From IMG/VR virus record IMGVR_UViG_3300011989_000257, positions 64,001 to 128,000 of that record: 64,000 nucleotides of DNA, one strand, 5' to 3'. The position numbers and the translations under genes are program-made. Below are positions 10,401 through 19,660 of this stretch, piece by piece. Every line of letters starts with the position of its first letter. Positions within the stretch are counted from its first letter, which is position 1. This stretch comes from a virus (lineage: Duplodnaviria; Caudoviricetes). Below the pieces are notes generated by a model. That model was not told the DNA's origin. It worked only from the letters and a program-made list of their open reading frames with translations, and made no database searches.

Positions 10401-10732
10401 ACAAGCCAAGCAGGACCTGCGTTATAGCCACTAAGACCAAGGACACGAACAACCTTAAGCTGCTCTGACTCACTCAAATAAGACTTAGCGATATAAGGCA
10501 ACTCGTATTTAGGATATTGACTTCCTTTGAACTTTTCTGTACTTGTTCCACCAAACACATCTTGGAACTCACGCCAGTTAGCAATGTCCATTGGCTGAAA
10601 AGCTGGACCTTTCAAGGTCTCACCAACAACACCAAGTGTAGTGATTCCAAGGCTACGAACAGCGTAGTTGATGTCTATCTCACGAGTATAAATACCTGGT
10701 GAAACATGTATTCCTCTTGCATTATCTGCCAT
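7457..10732 (-). CDS. Contractile tail sheath protein (T4 gp18-like)
   Basis: VSPGIYTREID N-terminus; YYPWV, PWFAPAG..RG, INPI, WGQK, RIAVRRL motifs; 1091 aa with insertions. Confidence 0.95.
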   Translation of the reverse strand: MADNARGIHVSPGIYTREIDINYAVRSLGITTLGVVGETLKGPAFQPMDIANWREFQDVFGGTSTEKFKGSQYPKYELPYIAKSYLSESEQLKVVRVLGLSGYNAGPAWLVTASLNGENPVAVAVIRSRGTYNPYATGNTTDCICEESKYDVLKYYVGEKPNSGEAENICDKNGYNMNALQIKAYVPMDSNGNECSGYGMSGGTTDWYISQNNHGRFKLVGVKGVYNESEVNNIIASGTSENIDQRQEAIKMGYFEYPVTLNPYDKEYILNVLGSKPYDGDAPIFVESLYDVALDQAIVEDRVNKIDDSLKQFNVYYTADYCHHEPVGGLLTMAETTLRRKHVGLRFLADANSVELGIKAVPYDYKKNKPVDTTDKDLGAVAVIPGQIYTVRQYTKADGKRDYHYGYYTQGFEDVIASGVEMTNIYGNLQDGGTKKNNGKESKLVLNTYDGLYYRMNENKDDVAFVELDMNDYKSAYRYASTPWIVSNLKGDFNHVEVNKLFRFHTITDGNNANYEVKVSIENIRPDEGVFDVVVRRIDDADEQIMPLERFGRCSMIPGDSNYIAYKIGSFDGIYESKSKYITVEVNESTAAKMSVPAGFLGYPIPQYSGLTIDGSRNSVEFPTLKYNRFFDPDIKNRKQYFGLSSWIGVDIDNFTFKGNKAYIDNPKFMTRGFHLDSRLDKENGGISAYTVDGESGYEFDCVSTNSRTATLTEPPIIGTEDDMYGSIYEYVNLRKFTVYFYGGFDGWDDYRDQRTNTDGYKMSQYRGFINQGSGEGYSFNRIKDPSLLQLNQNGITSDWYAYLSGIRQFANPEATDINVFATPGIDYVNNKLLVEEAIEMVEEERADSIYVVTTPDKPSGAGDYVDEMYTPDEAVGNLEDSEIDSNYTCTYYPWVKYLDQDNNQYIYLPATKDVVRNFAQTDNTAYPWFAPAGISRGNVDCVRAHFITKLADEDVLYDGRINPIKTFAQDGPKIWGQKNLQINESQLNRIAVRRLLLRMRKLIAISCIGLIFEPNDATVKQSFLSTVTPIMDSIRSNRGISDYRIEINDTIETRERRELPVKIYFKPYNALEYITIDFILTPEGVSFDDI

Positions 10733-10812
10733 AATTCTTGAAATATTTTAATTTTATTAGTTATTTTTCCTATATATAAATATTTAGTGTCTTTGATTAA
10801 TTCATCAAATTA

Positions 10813-11379
10813 CTATTTTTTAACTACTGTAACATCAGTAGCATTGTAATTATACTCATTAGCCTTATTATTAGCAGCAGTTAAAGCCTCTTCTTCAACA
10901 ACAGCCTTCTTATATGCATTGAAATTATCCTCAGTAAAATCAATTTGTGTTGCTCCAGTTATGGTGTAACCATTATCTTTTATCATAAATGGAGGAATGC
11001 CCAATAAGGTCTTTACATCATTGAATAGCTTAAATTCAGCAGTTGGGTTTATTCTGATTTGTCTTTTAATTTCCTTTACACACTCATCATAGTAATATGC
11101 AGATAAAGACTTATCAGTTTCCCCACAACTAGTCTTTTTAAACTCAGTGCCATAGGTGTCACCTATCTCGATGTAAGTGTCTAAGAATAGGTAATATTCG
11201 TCTTCTTCACCATCTTTTTTTACTGTAATATAAGGTATCTTAACTTCATCGGAAGTTATAGAATCACCAGAGACTCCTAATCTACCGCAATCATCGTTTT
11301 TAGTTGATAAAATGTCGTATACTACGCCATTTTTCAAATAATAATATTTATCTTTTAGGACATTAGATAGATTTTTCAT
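10813..11379 (-). CDS. Hypothetical late protein
   Basis: 188-aa ORF with upstream ATATTTAT motif; ends TAG-TAA. Confidence 0.7.
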   Translation of the reverse strand: MKNLSNVLKDKYYYLKNGVVYDILSTKNDDCGRLGVSGDSITSDEVKIPYITVKKDGEEDEYYLFLDTYIEIGDTYGTEFKKTSCGETDKSLSAYYYDECVKEIKRQIRINPTAEFKLFNDVKTLLGIPPFMIKDNGYTITGATQIDFTEDNFNAYKKAVVEEEALTAANNKANEYNYNATDVTVVKK

Positions 11380-11511
11380 AATAATATATTTTTATATAAA
11401 TATCTCATATATTCCATTAATTCATTTTATCTCATAAAAATTTCATCCATTGGATATTTAGGAAAATAAAAAAAGAGAAACATCACTGTTCCTCTATCTA
11501 TCATAAAAATA

Positions 11512-11548
11512 AAAAAAAACTTGAGTAGCTTCTGCTACCCAAGTTTTT
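11512..11548 (-). terminator. Terminator after the capsid gene
   Basis: aaaaacttgagtagc-ttct-gctacccaagttttt. Confidence 0.8.
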
Positions 11549-11573
11549 ATATAAGTTATTGATTTTCAGTTGT

Positions 11574-13604
11574 TTATCTGAACTCGTTAATGCTCCAATG
11601 TACAAGACCATCAACACGAACATGTCCAAAGTAACGGTTGTTCACCATCTTCTTCGCATAACGTGTCATAATACCCTTTACAGGTGCAAAGTTGAATGGA
11701 TTATACATAGTTGGGGTCAACTGCATTGGCACATATGGTGCATAGATGTAACCTGTGTCAAGAAGTGACTTACCCTTATGACCAATAATCATTGACCAGT
11801 GTGGGCTATATGGGTCACGATATACAGTGTAACGTCCACCGAGAGCACCAATCTTCTCAATACCCATGTTGTACTGGTCGCTTTCTGCTGATGCATCTGA
11901 TACATGGAAGTACTCAAGGTTATCAAGCAATGCTGAAATCTCTGAAGATACTACAATGAAGTTAGCACCACCACGAAGTGTAGACTTGTGAATCTGTGCA
12001 GAAATCTGGTTAATCTTAGTCATAAGCTCTTGGTTCCAGTCCTTCTGAGTGTAGTTAGTAGAGAAAGCAGCCATACGTCTCCAACCATTAACATCCCAAC
12101 GTGCCTGCCAAGGTGCGCCCTTACGAAGGTCACGGAGAATTTCACGGTCAATCTCAGCAGCAATCTGCTCTGAAAGGATAGCTGTCAACTCAGCCTCTGC
12201 GTCAATGTTGTGGAATGCAGAAACGTCTTGTGCCAACTCTGGTGACCATGTTGCACGAAGTTTTCTTTCCTCAACTGATACAGTTACTGAATCAAGCTTG
12301 AAGCTAACCTCACCGATTTCGGTCTCAAGCTCAAGTGAATCGTACTGTGCCCAAGCAATCTTGAAGAGCTGTGCAAGATTAGCCTTAGTCTCCTCAGTTG
12401 AACCGCTAGAAATAGCAGCGTCAAGAGCAGCAGCATCAACACCTACATAACCGTCAATTGTACCTGCTTGCTGAACAACTGGTTTAGCGAGGTCAAGCTC
12501 GATGTACATCTTACCCTCAGCATCGCAAGCAGCACCGTACTCTACGATACCCTTACCATATTTCTGAGTAACAACTCTGAAAGGAACTGACTCAAACTTA
12601 CGGAAAGCAGCAGTCTTAACTGTCTCTGAACCAGGAACATTAGCTGCTGGGAGTTCCTTCTGAGTAATAACCTTCAATGAAGCGAGGAATCCTTCAGTGT
12701 CCATTTCGTTTCCGTCAGGACCAGTCAACTTAGCAGCGTTGAATGAAGAGAAACCATCAATCTCAAGGATGACGTTACGTACAGTACCATCGAATCCACT
12801 CTTGAAGTACTTGTTAAGGTTATCAGCACCGAATGGGCGAACACCACCAGGAGTCAAGAACACTGGAATTGCGCTACCAACCTTGATAGTTACCTTACCC
12901 TTTGAGTTGTCATACAAGAAGTCGTTGTAGAACAAGTCGTAAAGTGACTTCTGGAAGTACTGAGTTACCTCAGGACCTGCTTGACGAAGAGCTGTTACAT
13001 GAAGACCCTCAGCCTCTGCACGTGCCTTAGCCTCATCGAAGCTAGTTGCATCTTCGATGGTCTCGTTCAACTGTGGAACGTACCATGAGTTCTTGTCGAG
13101 GTCATTGATTGTCTCATCTGGGAGATAGTATCTTGGCTCAACACGTCCTTCCTTGTTACGGTTAACTCTGTCATATCCCATAAGACCCTTATGACGACCA
13201 GTAGTACCATCAATGATATCACCTGGCTCTGTGCCACCAGTGTAATCTGCTGGGAGTTCCCACTCTCTCTCTGAAGTAACAGGGAGGATGAAGAACAACT
13301 TACCAACAGGAAGGTTCATTGCTTGTACTGAAACGATGTCGTTAGCAAGAAGTTTGCTGAACACACGTCTAATGATAGGGAAAACAACGGTCTCAAATGA
13401 ACCACTGTTATCAGAAGCAGTAGCCTCATAAATCAAGTGCTTTGCTTCATTCTCATACAATGTAGCAACATTCTCCTTGATACCCTCTGGAAGACCCTCT
13501 GTAAAGCCGAGGTTATCCCAACGGTTCTGAATGCTCTCACGTATCTGTTTTTGTGCGTTGTACTCAATATTGCCAACTACACCACTTGATAAAAATTCTT
13601 TCAT
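11574..13604 (-). CDS. Major capsid protein (T4 gp23-like)
   Basis: PIIRRVF..LLANDIVSVQAMNLPVG, RKLRATWSPELAQDVSAFHNIDAEAELT, YAPYVP, GIMTRY motifs. Confidence 0.96.
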   Translation of the reverse strand: MKEFLSSGVVGNIEYNAQKQIRESIQNRWDNLGFTEGLPEGIKENVATLYENEAKHLIYEATASDNSGSFETVVFPIIRRVFSKLLANDIVSVQAMNLPVGKLFFILPVTSEREWELPADYTGGTEPGDIIDGTTGRHKGLMGYDRVNRNKEGRVEPRYYLPDETINDLDKNSWYVPQLNETIEDATSFDEAKARAEAEGLHVTALRQAGPEVTQYFQKSLYDLFYNDFLYDNSKGKVTIKVGSAIPVFLTPGGVRPFGADNLNKYFKSGFDGTVRNVILEIDGFSSFNAAKLTGPDGNEMDTEGFLASLKVITQKELPAANVPGSETVKTAAFRKFESVPFRVVTQKYGKGIVEYGAACDAEGKMYIELDLAKPVVQQAGTIDGYVGVDAAALDAAISSGSTEETKANLAQLFKIAWAQYDSLELETEIGEVSFKLDSVTVSVEERKLRATWSPELAQDVSAFHNIDAEAELTAILSEQIAAEIDREILRDLRKGAPWQARWDVNGWRRMAAFSTNYTQKDWNQELMTKINQISAQIHKSTLRGGANFIVVSSEISALLDNLEYFHVSDASAESDQYNMGIEKIGALGGRYTVYRDPYSPHWSMIIGHKGKSLLDTGYIYAPYVPMQLTPTMYNPFNFAPVKGIMTRYAKKMVNNRYFGHVRVDGLVHWSINEFR

Positions 13605-13645
13605 ATAGATAAATGAAGTTTTATTTTACTTAGTTATTTTTAATT

Positions 13646-13653
13646 ATAAATAT
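13646..13653 (-). promoter_or_regulatory. Putative late promoter motif ATATTTAT (capsid gene; representative of 22 sites)
   Basis: Same 8-mer on the coding strand upstream of late genes at 939, 1602(+), 5761, 6415, 10776, 11396, 15203, 15316(+), 16865, 17952, 19605, 21731, 23768, 24120, 26301, 28592, 32784, 32899(+), 40990(+), 57547, 62222. Confidence 0.75.
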
Positions 13654-13675
13654 ACACAAATTTTGAAAAGTTAAA

Positions 13676-15169
13676 TTATTTCATCATTCTGTGCATTAAA
13701 TCAAGAGATTCCATAACATCTGGTGACTTATAGATAGGTGTCTCATTGATTTTCTTTGAACCCTCAACTGTAAGACTCTTGTCCTCAGTGATGTTCATTT
13801 TGTTGGTTTTCTTGAGTTCACGACTGATTGACTCATAGAGTGCCTTTGATGCATCAATAGTCTTTCCTTCGTTCTTAAATCTGTTGATAATTTCTTTCTT
13901 CTCGTCTTGAGAAGTTGTATTCTCAGAAACCAACTTGATAATCTGTGCAAGATTATGATTAGTTACAGATACCTTCTTCAACTGCTCCATAAGGTCTGTC
14001 AATGTAGATTTAAGTTCCTTGTTTTCCTCAAGAACTGCATTCGCTCTCTTCATGAAGCTCTCGTTTGTCGGATTGCCTTCATACTCTCCTGCGGTTGAAA
14101 CATGATGCTGGTTCATTGGGGAATTCTTCTTTGCCTTAATAGGGTTATGAGATTTTGTTCCCATCATTCTTCCATGAGCACCCATTCTACCTCCGCATTC
14201 TGCTGCTGACTCTTCAAGATTCTCTTCCTCTTCAAGTTGTTTACCTTTTTCAGCATTGAATGGTTTATCTGCTTTATTTTTCTTACCTGGGTATCCAGAC
14301 CAAGGCTTCTCTGAGCCTTTTGGTACACCTGCATCCCAATCGTTTACATTTTTACCTGGCTCTGACATACCTGGATTTGTCATCACATCCTTTTTCTGAT
14401 AATTGTCAGTGTAGCCAACGTTTGAATCATACTCTAGTACGAGTTCAAACATCCTTTCTGTTGATTCATTCATATCATCCATGTCATTATTAAAATCATC
14501 TTCTGCACCGAAATCATCAGCACCTTTGTCATCAGTGAGAACTGTGTCATCACTTGGTTCAGATGCTGCAACACCAGTTGCTTCACCCTCATCGTCAAGC
14601 TTGATTAGGTACTCAGCTCCAGTTTCATTGTCTTGAATGTTCACATTTCCGCTGTCATCTTTATGTACAAGGATTTGGTCATCATTCTTCATTAATTTGT
14701 AAACCTTTACGATTTCCTCGTCTTCCGCATTTGTAAAGTCATACTCATCGTCTGATACCTTATATTTATCAAACTCTGCCCAGTCATCGCCACCTTCGCC
14801 TTCAACTGCTCCGTCATCGATAGATTCTCCTTCAGCAGCACCATCAGTATCTGACTCGCCACCTTCGTTTTCTCCACCTTCTACATCGCCTTCTGAAGAC
14901 TCCATCCCAGTGTCTGCGGATGCTTGACCATCGTCAATAGCATCGCTAGATTCTGCATCGTTTGTAATATCAGAACTAGTATCTTCCACTTCACCCTCTT
15001 CGTAGTCCTTGTCATCGTCCTCAGACAATAACTTGGCATATGTATCACGCACAGCCTCACCCAAAAGAGCCTTGACTGCGCTCTCAGTATTTTCCTTCAA
15101 AGAATTTGCGAGTGTGTTGTAATCCAATAAAGATTCTCTAACTACTTTGCTTCTAATATTTTTGCTCAT
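13676..15169 (-). CDS. Prohead core/scaffold protein (gp22-like role)
   Basis: Very acidic low-complexity protein with a C-terminal coiled coil, immediately upstream of the capsid gene; many I/L/V-x-E sites. Confidence 0.7.
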   Translation of the reverse strand: MSKNIRSKVVRESLLDYNTLANSLKENTESAVKALLGEAVRDTYAKLLSEDDDKDYEEGEVEDTSSDITNDAESSDAIDDGQASADTGMESSEGDVEGGENEGGESDTDGAAEGESIDDGAVEGEGGDDWAEFDKYKVSDDEYDFTNAEDEEIVKVYKLMKNDDQILVHKDDSGNVNIQDNETGAEYLIKLDDEGEATGVAASEPSDDTVLTDDKGADDFGAEDDFNNDMDDMNESTERMFELVLEYDSNVGYTDNYQKKDVMTNPGMSEPGKNVNDWDAGVPKGSEKPWSGYPGKKNKADKPFNAEKGKQLEEEENLEESAAECGGRMGAHGRMMGTKSHNPIKAKKNSPMNQHHVSTAGEYEGNPTNESFMKRANAVLEENKELKSTLTDLMEQLKKVSVTNHNLAQIIKLVSENTTSQDEKKEIINRFKNEGKTIDASKALYESISRELKKTNKMNITEDKSLTVEGSKKINETPIYKSPDVMESLDLMHRMMK

Positions 15170-15359
15170 TTAGAAAATAGATTTAATACATTATTTTTTA
15201 ATATAAATATAGATTAAATACCAAAAAAATTCATAAAATGCCTAAAATAATACATTTATGAGCAATTTATGACTTATATTTGATATCTAATTAATAAATA
15301 TTTGGATGAGAATGAATATTTATAGTAAATTTAAAAATAAAAACTATATATTTGCAAAT

Positions 15360-16067
15360 ATGATGAAACAGGATAATTTAGAAATAATAAAGGAAGGAAA
15401 AACAGGACATGGCATACTAATTGAAAATGATGGTTTCATATCATTGGATTTTGGTAAGAATAACCATCAGTTGAAAGAGGATATTAGTGAAAAAGGATGG
15501 TTTGTGCCTTACCCATTTGTTGTGGATGCTGTATTTCAGAAATTTGGAATTAAAAATGCAAACGGTAGAATTTACCCAGAGTCAATTCTAAAAAGAGAAG
15601 TTGAAAAATACCAGAATATGATTGCAGAAAGGATGGCGTTGGGAGAACTAAACCATCCAGCAGAGTCAACAATCGACTTGGGTAGAATAGCAATCAATAT
15701 TGTTGAACTTCATTGGGAGGGAGCTACTCTAGTAGGAAAGCTTGAAATCAACACGACTGAAGGATTTAGAAAGTATGGTATTGTAAGTACTCGTGGTGAC
15801 GATATGGCTAATCTTATTATAAATGGATATAAAATCGGTGTATCATCAAGAGGTGTTGGTTCTGTTGAACAAAAACTTGGACAATATATCGTAGGGGATG
15901 ACTTCGAACTTATATGTTGGGATGTAGTATCAAGTCCATCTACGCCAGGAGCCTATGTAGGAAAACCAGAGGAATTGCAACAATATATTGAAAGTAATAC
16001 TAGTAATAGTGACAAGAATTCAATTAATGAAAAGATTAATAAGATTAAAAATATCCTAAAGTCATAA
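15360..16067 (+). CDS. Prohead core protease (T4 gp21-like)
   Basis: KNANGRIYP, ALGELNHP, GVSSRGVGS, DFELICWDVVSSPSTPGA. Likely start at 15360, downstream of the ATATTTAT motif. Confidence 0.93.
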   Translation: MMKQDNLEIIKEGKTGHGILIENDGFISLDFGKNNHQLKEDISEKGWFVPYPFVVDAVFQKFGIKNANGRIYPESILKREVEKYQNMIAERMALGELNHPAESTIDLGRIAINIVELHWEGATLVGKLEINTTEGFRKYGIVSTRGDDMANLIINGYKIGVSSRGVGSVEQKLGQYIVGDDFELICWDVVSSPSTPGAYVGKPEELQQYIESNTSNSDKNSINEKINKIKNILKS

Positions 16068-16071
16068 TATT

Positions 16072-16470
16072 ATGAAAAAAGTTATTAGATTAACCGAAAG
16101 CGATTTGCATGGTCTGATAAATGAATCGGTCACTAGAATAATAAATGAGATTGGTGTTTATCCAGATGGACAAACTGATTTATTCTTCGACCAAGACCAA
16201 GTTGACGAATACCGTTCATCTGCAAATGGTAGAGCAATCGAGGCTTTACTGAGGGCTGAGAGAGAATGCGGATGGAGACATATGAATTCAAAGGATATGG
16301 GGCGTTATACAGAGTATAAATGTTATCCTATTAGTGAGTACACATCAAAGGATAGACAAACCTTTATGGAAAGAATCAAAGCTTATGCTCCAGTGAAAGA
16401 TAACATAGAATTCGTATGCGTAAGGAATACATACATTAAAAGTTTTACAGTAAGAATTAAGAACATCTAA
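16072..16470 (+). CDS. Leader-family protein
   Basis: MKKVIRLTESDLHGLINESVTRIINE N-terminus. Confidence 0.8.
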   Translation: MKKVIRLTESDLHGLINESVTRIINEIGVYPDGQTDLFFDQDQVDEYRSSANGRAIEALLRAERECGWRHMNSKDMGRYTEYKCYPISEYTSKDRQTFMERIKAYAPVKDNIEFVCVRNTYIKSFTVRIKNI

Positions 16471-16475
16471 AAAAT

Positions 16476-16512
16476 AAATAAGCGAGACTAGATTTAGCCT
16501 CGCTTATTTTTT
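16476..16512. terminator. Bidirectional terminator
   Basis: aaataagcgag...ctcgcttattttt between convergent leader genes. Confidence 0.75.
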
Positions 16513-16843
16513 ATCCCATTGGTGGGAAGTCATCGTAATTGGCTTCAAGGTCAATTCTATCTTGCGCCCAATCTTCCATATCATCACCATTTACAATATC
16601 ATCTTGATAATTATCATTGTGAGTTCGGTCAAGAGGCTCTCCAGTTATTCCAAAATCGTGGTCATTTGTCATACCGTTAAATGGTGTGACTTCCTCTTCT
16701 TTCTCAAATGGTTGGTAGTTATTCAATACGTTGTCATTCTCACGCCAATCATTTCCCAATACGTCTTCCCTTATTATTCTTTTAACGGAATTCTCTATAA
16801 TACCTTTTAATTCTGATTCCGTAAGTCTTATAATTTTCTTCAT
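16511..16843 (-). CDS. Leader-family protein with acidic cargo
   Basis: MKKIIRLTESELKGIIENSVKRIIRE; ATG at 16843. Confidence 0.8.
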   Translation of the reverse strand: MKKIIRLTESELKGIIENSVKRIIREDVLGNDWRENDNVLNNYQPFEKEEEVTPFNGMTNDHDFGITGEPLDRTHNDNYQDDIVNGDDMEDWAQDRIDLEANYDDFPPMG

Positions 16844-16874
16844 ATTTTTCAATTTATTTTTACAATAAATATTC

Positions 16875-17312
16875 TTATCTTTTTGTTTTGTTTATTGTAA
16901 AACCATTTTCTTTGAAGGAATACACCAAATTATTTGCTATTGTGCTTATTTTTCTTTCCAACAAATCATTAAGGTCTTTGAGATGCTTCTTATTCTTTTC
17001 ATTCTGACGCAAATAGAAGTCAAATGATAAGAATTTTTTGTCATTAGGTGATAACCCTTCAGTGCTTATGTCAAAATCTAATATGAGACGATTATCAAAA
17101 TTTATACCATCTATTAAAAATGATTTTATGTTTTTCTTCATACGTTCCTCTATGCCATCTATAACATTATCGTAATCCATTTCCCTTTGCGGTGAAACCC
17201 AACATTTTCCACTTATATAAATGACTTGCGGATTGTTCCTATTAACAGTACCATATTTTAACGATATATGGTTGCACACATCCAATTTATACTCTTTGTT
17301 TAATCTTTTCAT
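16875..17312 (-). CDS. Hypothetical head-region protein
   Basis: 145-aa ORF with a good start context. Confidence 0.7.
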   Translation of the reverse strand: MKRLNKEYKLDVCNHISLKYGTVNRNNPQVIYISGKCWVSPQREMDYDNVIDGIEERMKKNIKSFLIDGINFDNRLILDFDISTEGLSPNDKKFLSFDFYLRQNEKNKKHLKDLNDLLERKISTIANNLVYSFKENGFTINKTKR

Positions 17313-17387
17313 ATTTTATTTAAAAAATAATGTTTTTCAATGAAAAAATCAAGTCCCACAAGTAAAAAATTAGGAAGAGTGTATAAG

Positions 17388-17417
17388 AAAAGAGCAACCA
17401 TTGTTATGATTGCTCTT
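17388..17417 (-). terminator. Terminator of a leader cassette (same stem as 23785-23816)
   Basis: aaaagagcaacca...tgattgctctt. Confidence 0.75.
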
Positions 17418-17423
17418 GAACTT

Positions 17424-17918
17424 TTATTGCCAACCCTTACCTTTTACGTATTTTGAGTCACCCCTATCGAATTTTCCAATTTCGTCAGTTGCTTTTTGAT
17501 ATTTGTCAATAGTGTTTTTTGTTGGTTTCATTTTGGAACGAGGATTAAATGCATGAGAACCATCTTTATCTTGTCTTGGGTAATATCCAGCATGCATTTG
17601 TGCATGCATTGGAGTCCAACGTCCCATTCCTCCATAAGCATTTCCAAATTGAGTAACTGTACCTTTTACGTCTTGGTGATAAGGTAAACCATTTTCATCA
17701 TATGTACCATCAAGTTCGTCATGTCCAAATTTGTCATTAAACCTATCTGTTGCAAATTGAGCTAAGTCTTCAGCTTTATCATCTTCCCCTTGCTCTGCTC
17801 GTTTCTTTGCAGCATTCGCATATGTTTTCCAATCAAGTTCTGTGAGTACCCTATTCACAGACTCTTTCACAATATTGTGAAGGTCACTCTCCGTTAATCT
17901 TATAAGTTTTTTATTCAT
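17424..17918 (-). CDS. Leader-family protein (paralog of 32072-32761)
   Basis: MNKKLIRLTESDLHNIVKESVNRVLTELDWKTY...SKYVKGKGWQ. Confidence 0.85.
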   Translation of the reverse strand: MNKKLIRLTESDLHNIVKESVNRVLTELDWKTYANAAKKRAEQGEDDKAEDLAQFATDRFNDKFGHDELDGTYDENGLPYHQDVKGTVTQFGNAYGGMGRWTPMHAQMHAGYYPRQDKDGSHAFNPRSKMKPTKNTIDKYQKATDEIGKFDRGDSKYVKGKGWQ

Positions 17919-17960
17919 ATTATAATACGTATTTAGTTCGTTATTTTAATAATAAATATC
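17851..17960 (-). repeat. Dispersed repeat copy 1: late promoter + 5' UTR + leader coding sequence
   Basis: Near-identical to 24020-24128; the non-coding 42 nt differ by one indel and one substitution. Confidence 0.85.
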
Positions 17961-17974
17961 AGATAGATTTTGCT

Positions 17975-19588
17975 TTAATCATCCATTAAGATATCCCTTA
18001 TCTCAAGTAATTTTGCGATATCCTTAACAATTGTTTCTTTATTAAAAGTCATTTCATTAATCTGGTTACTCAAGCCCTTGAGTTCAACATTTTCTGAATC
18101 TTCTTTTAGCATGTCGTTAATCTTATCTATGCATTCATTCTTGAACTTGTTAAACAATTTCTCTTTTCTTTGTTCAGCTATTGGTGTTCTGAAATCAGTT
18201 ATTTGCTGAACAAATGATAGCTCAGATTCATTAAGGTTATTCTTGAGTTTTTCCTCAAACTCTTCAATTAATTCATCTGGAGTTTTTCCTTCATTTATTT
18301 TATCTGATTTATGTGCATCCATCCATTTGCAAACAGCATCGTAACTCTCAGCAAGAGGAATCATATTGTTTGTTGTCCTCTTTGTTGTCAATATGACATC
18401 ACCATTCTCGTATAGTTTCATCGATTCCTCATCAACGAACTCACTTGGTTTAATGCCACTCTCAATCATAACGTTTCTAAGTTTCTTGTTTGAAGCCTTT
18501 ACAGTCTTGACATCAATGTCCTCGCAAACAATTTTTGCAAGGTCTGCAAGAACAGTCTTTGAACCAATTATTTTTGCATGATTCTCATTATACTGTTCCT
18601 TAATTACGTTGTAGAAATTAAATTGGCTTCTAAGATTCTTGTCCTCCTTAATGGTCTTTATGACATTCCTTACAGCCTTTTTGTTTGATTTGATAAGAGT
18701 TGGAAGCTCACTTTCAAATATATGGTTTAGAACACCAAAATTAGTTGTGTTCATTTCCTCCATTAATTCATCTTCATGTTTGCTTTCCTCTATTGCTTCA
18801 TTAAGCATGTCATTAACATATTCATATGCCTTATAATCACCTTTCTTAAGCGCCTCAGACATTATGTTAATATAATTTGAAAATTCTTCTTGATGATTTC
18901 TATTTTTCATAATTATAATATTGTTTTCTTTCTTATGTTCTTTTCCTTCTTGATATAATGTTGCATTTCTCTGGGCAAGCGTTTTCCATCCTTCCTTTTC
19001 TTTTTGTACTTGCCAAGATTTTTCTGCTTCATTATATCTTTTTATTATATCAGCTACTTTGGGGTCTATTTTAAATTCTTCATTCATTTCATCATACCCA
19101 TCATCACCATCCATATTGGAATTAATATATTCAGCAACTGTTGGGTTTTTTTCGAAGGCACTTTGTGAATCTTCTACAACTAAAAGATATTTCATAGGGT
19201 CAATTCCAAGTTCATTAACAATTTTTCTAAGCATTCTAGAACTTGGCAAATACCAAAATGCCATAAAACTAGGATATTTATCAGTATGGGTATTCCATAT
19301 TCTTCCACGACAATATGACTTCTCATAGCATTGCCTTTCAATCCAATTAATATATGTATCCTTTATATGACTGATTGCTTTGCCCATTAACTTCTTTGCC
19401 GCTTGTGCTGCAATCATAAGATGGGTTGTTGAACCAGTCATGAACAGATACTCATTATCTAACGATATTGGGAAATAACCAAAAGATGTGGCTATTTTGC
19501 TATGCCACCCCCAATCTGTCTTTGTAACGGTATCATATACATTATCTGGTGTACCTTCGAAATATTCTAATATTCTTTTATTTTTCAT
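17975..19588 (-). CDS. Two-module head-region protein (possible internal start at 18910)
   Basis: 537-aa ORF downstream of portal; the helical C-terminal module begins at MKNRNHQ behind an AT-rich start-like context. Confidence 0.75.
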   Translation of the reverse strand: MKNKRILEYFEGTPDNVYDTVTKTDWGWHSKIATSFGYFPISLDNEYLFMTGSTTHLMIAAQAAKKLMGKAISHIKDTYINWIERQCYEKSYCRGRIWNTHTDKYPSFMAFWYLPSSRMLRKIVNELGIDPMKYLLVVEDSQSAFEKNPTVAEYINSNMDGDDGYDEMNEEFKIDPKVADIIKRYNEAEKSWQVQKEKEGWKTLAQRNATLYQEGKEHKKENNIIIMKNRNHQEEFSNYINIMSEALKKGDYKAYEYVNDMLNEAIEESKHEDELMEEMNTTNFGVLNHIFESELPTLIKSNKKAVRNVIKTIKEDKNLRSQFNFYNVIKEQYNENHAKIIGSKTVLADLAKIVCEDIDVKTVKASNKKLRNVMIESGIKPSEFVDEESMKLYENGDVILTTKRTTNNMIPLAESYDAVCKWMDAHKSDKINEGKTPDELIEEFEEKLKNNLNESELSFVQQITDFRTPIAEQRKEKLFNKFKNECIDKINDMLKEDSENVELKGLSNQINEMTFNKETIVKDIAKLLEIRDILMDD

Positions 19589-19624
19589 CTAACCATTATT
19601 TCCAATAAATATCATGTTTAATAG

Positions 19625-19653
19625 AAAAAAGCGTGACATCAGTTGTCACGCTT
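19625..19653 (-). terminator. Terminator after the portal gene
   Basis: aaaaaagcgtgaca-tcagt-tgtcacgctt. Confidence 0.8.
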
Positions 19654-19660
19654 CTATTCT

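Noticed and set aside
11400-11510. Intergenic gap after the capsid terminator as an ncRNA or tRNA
   Set aside because: AT-rich with only a weak imperfect hairpin and no cloverleaf.
15347-15354. TATATTTG before the protease gene as a host-type promoter
   Set aside because: No TTTG at the -33 position; the ATATTTAT motif at 15316 explains the gene better.
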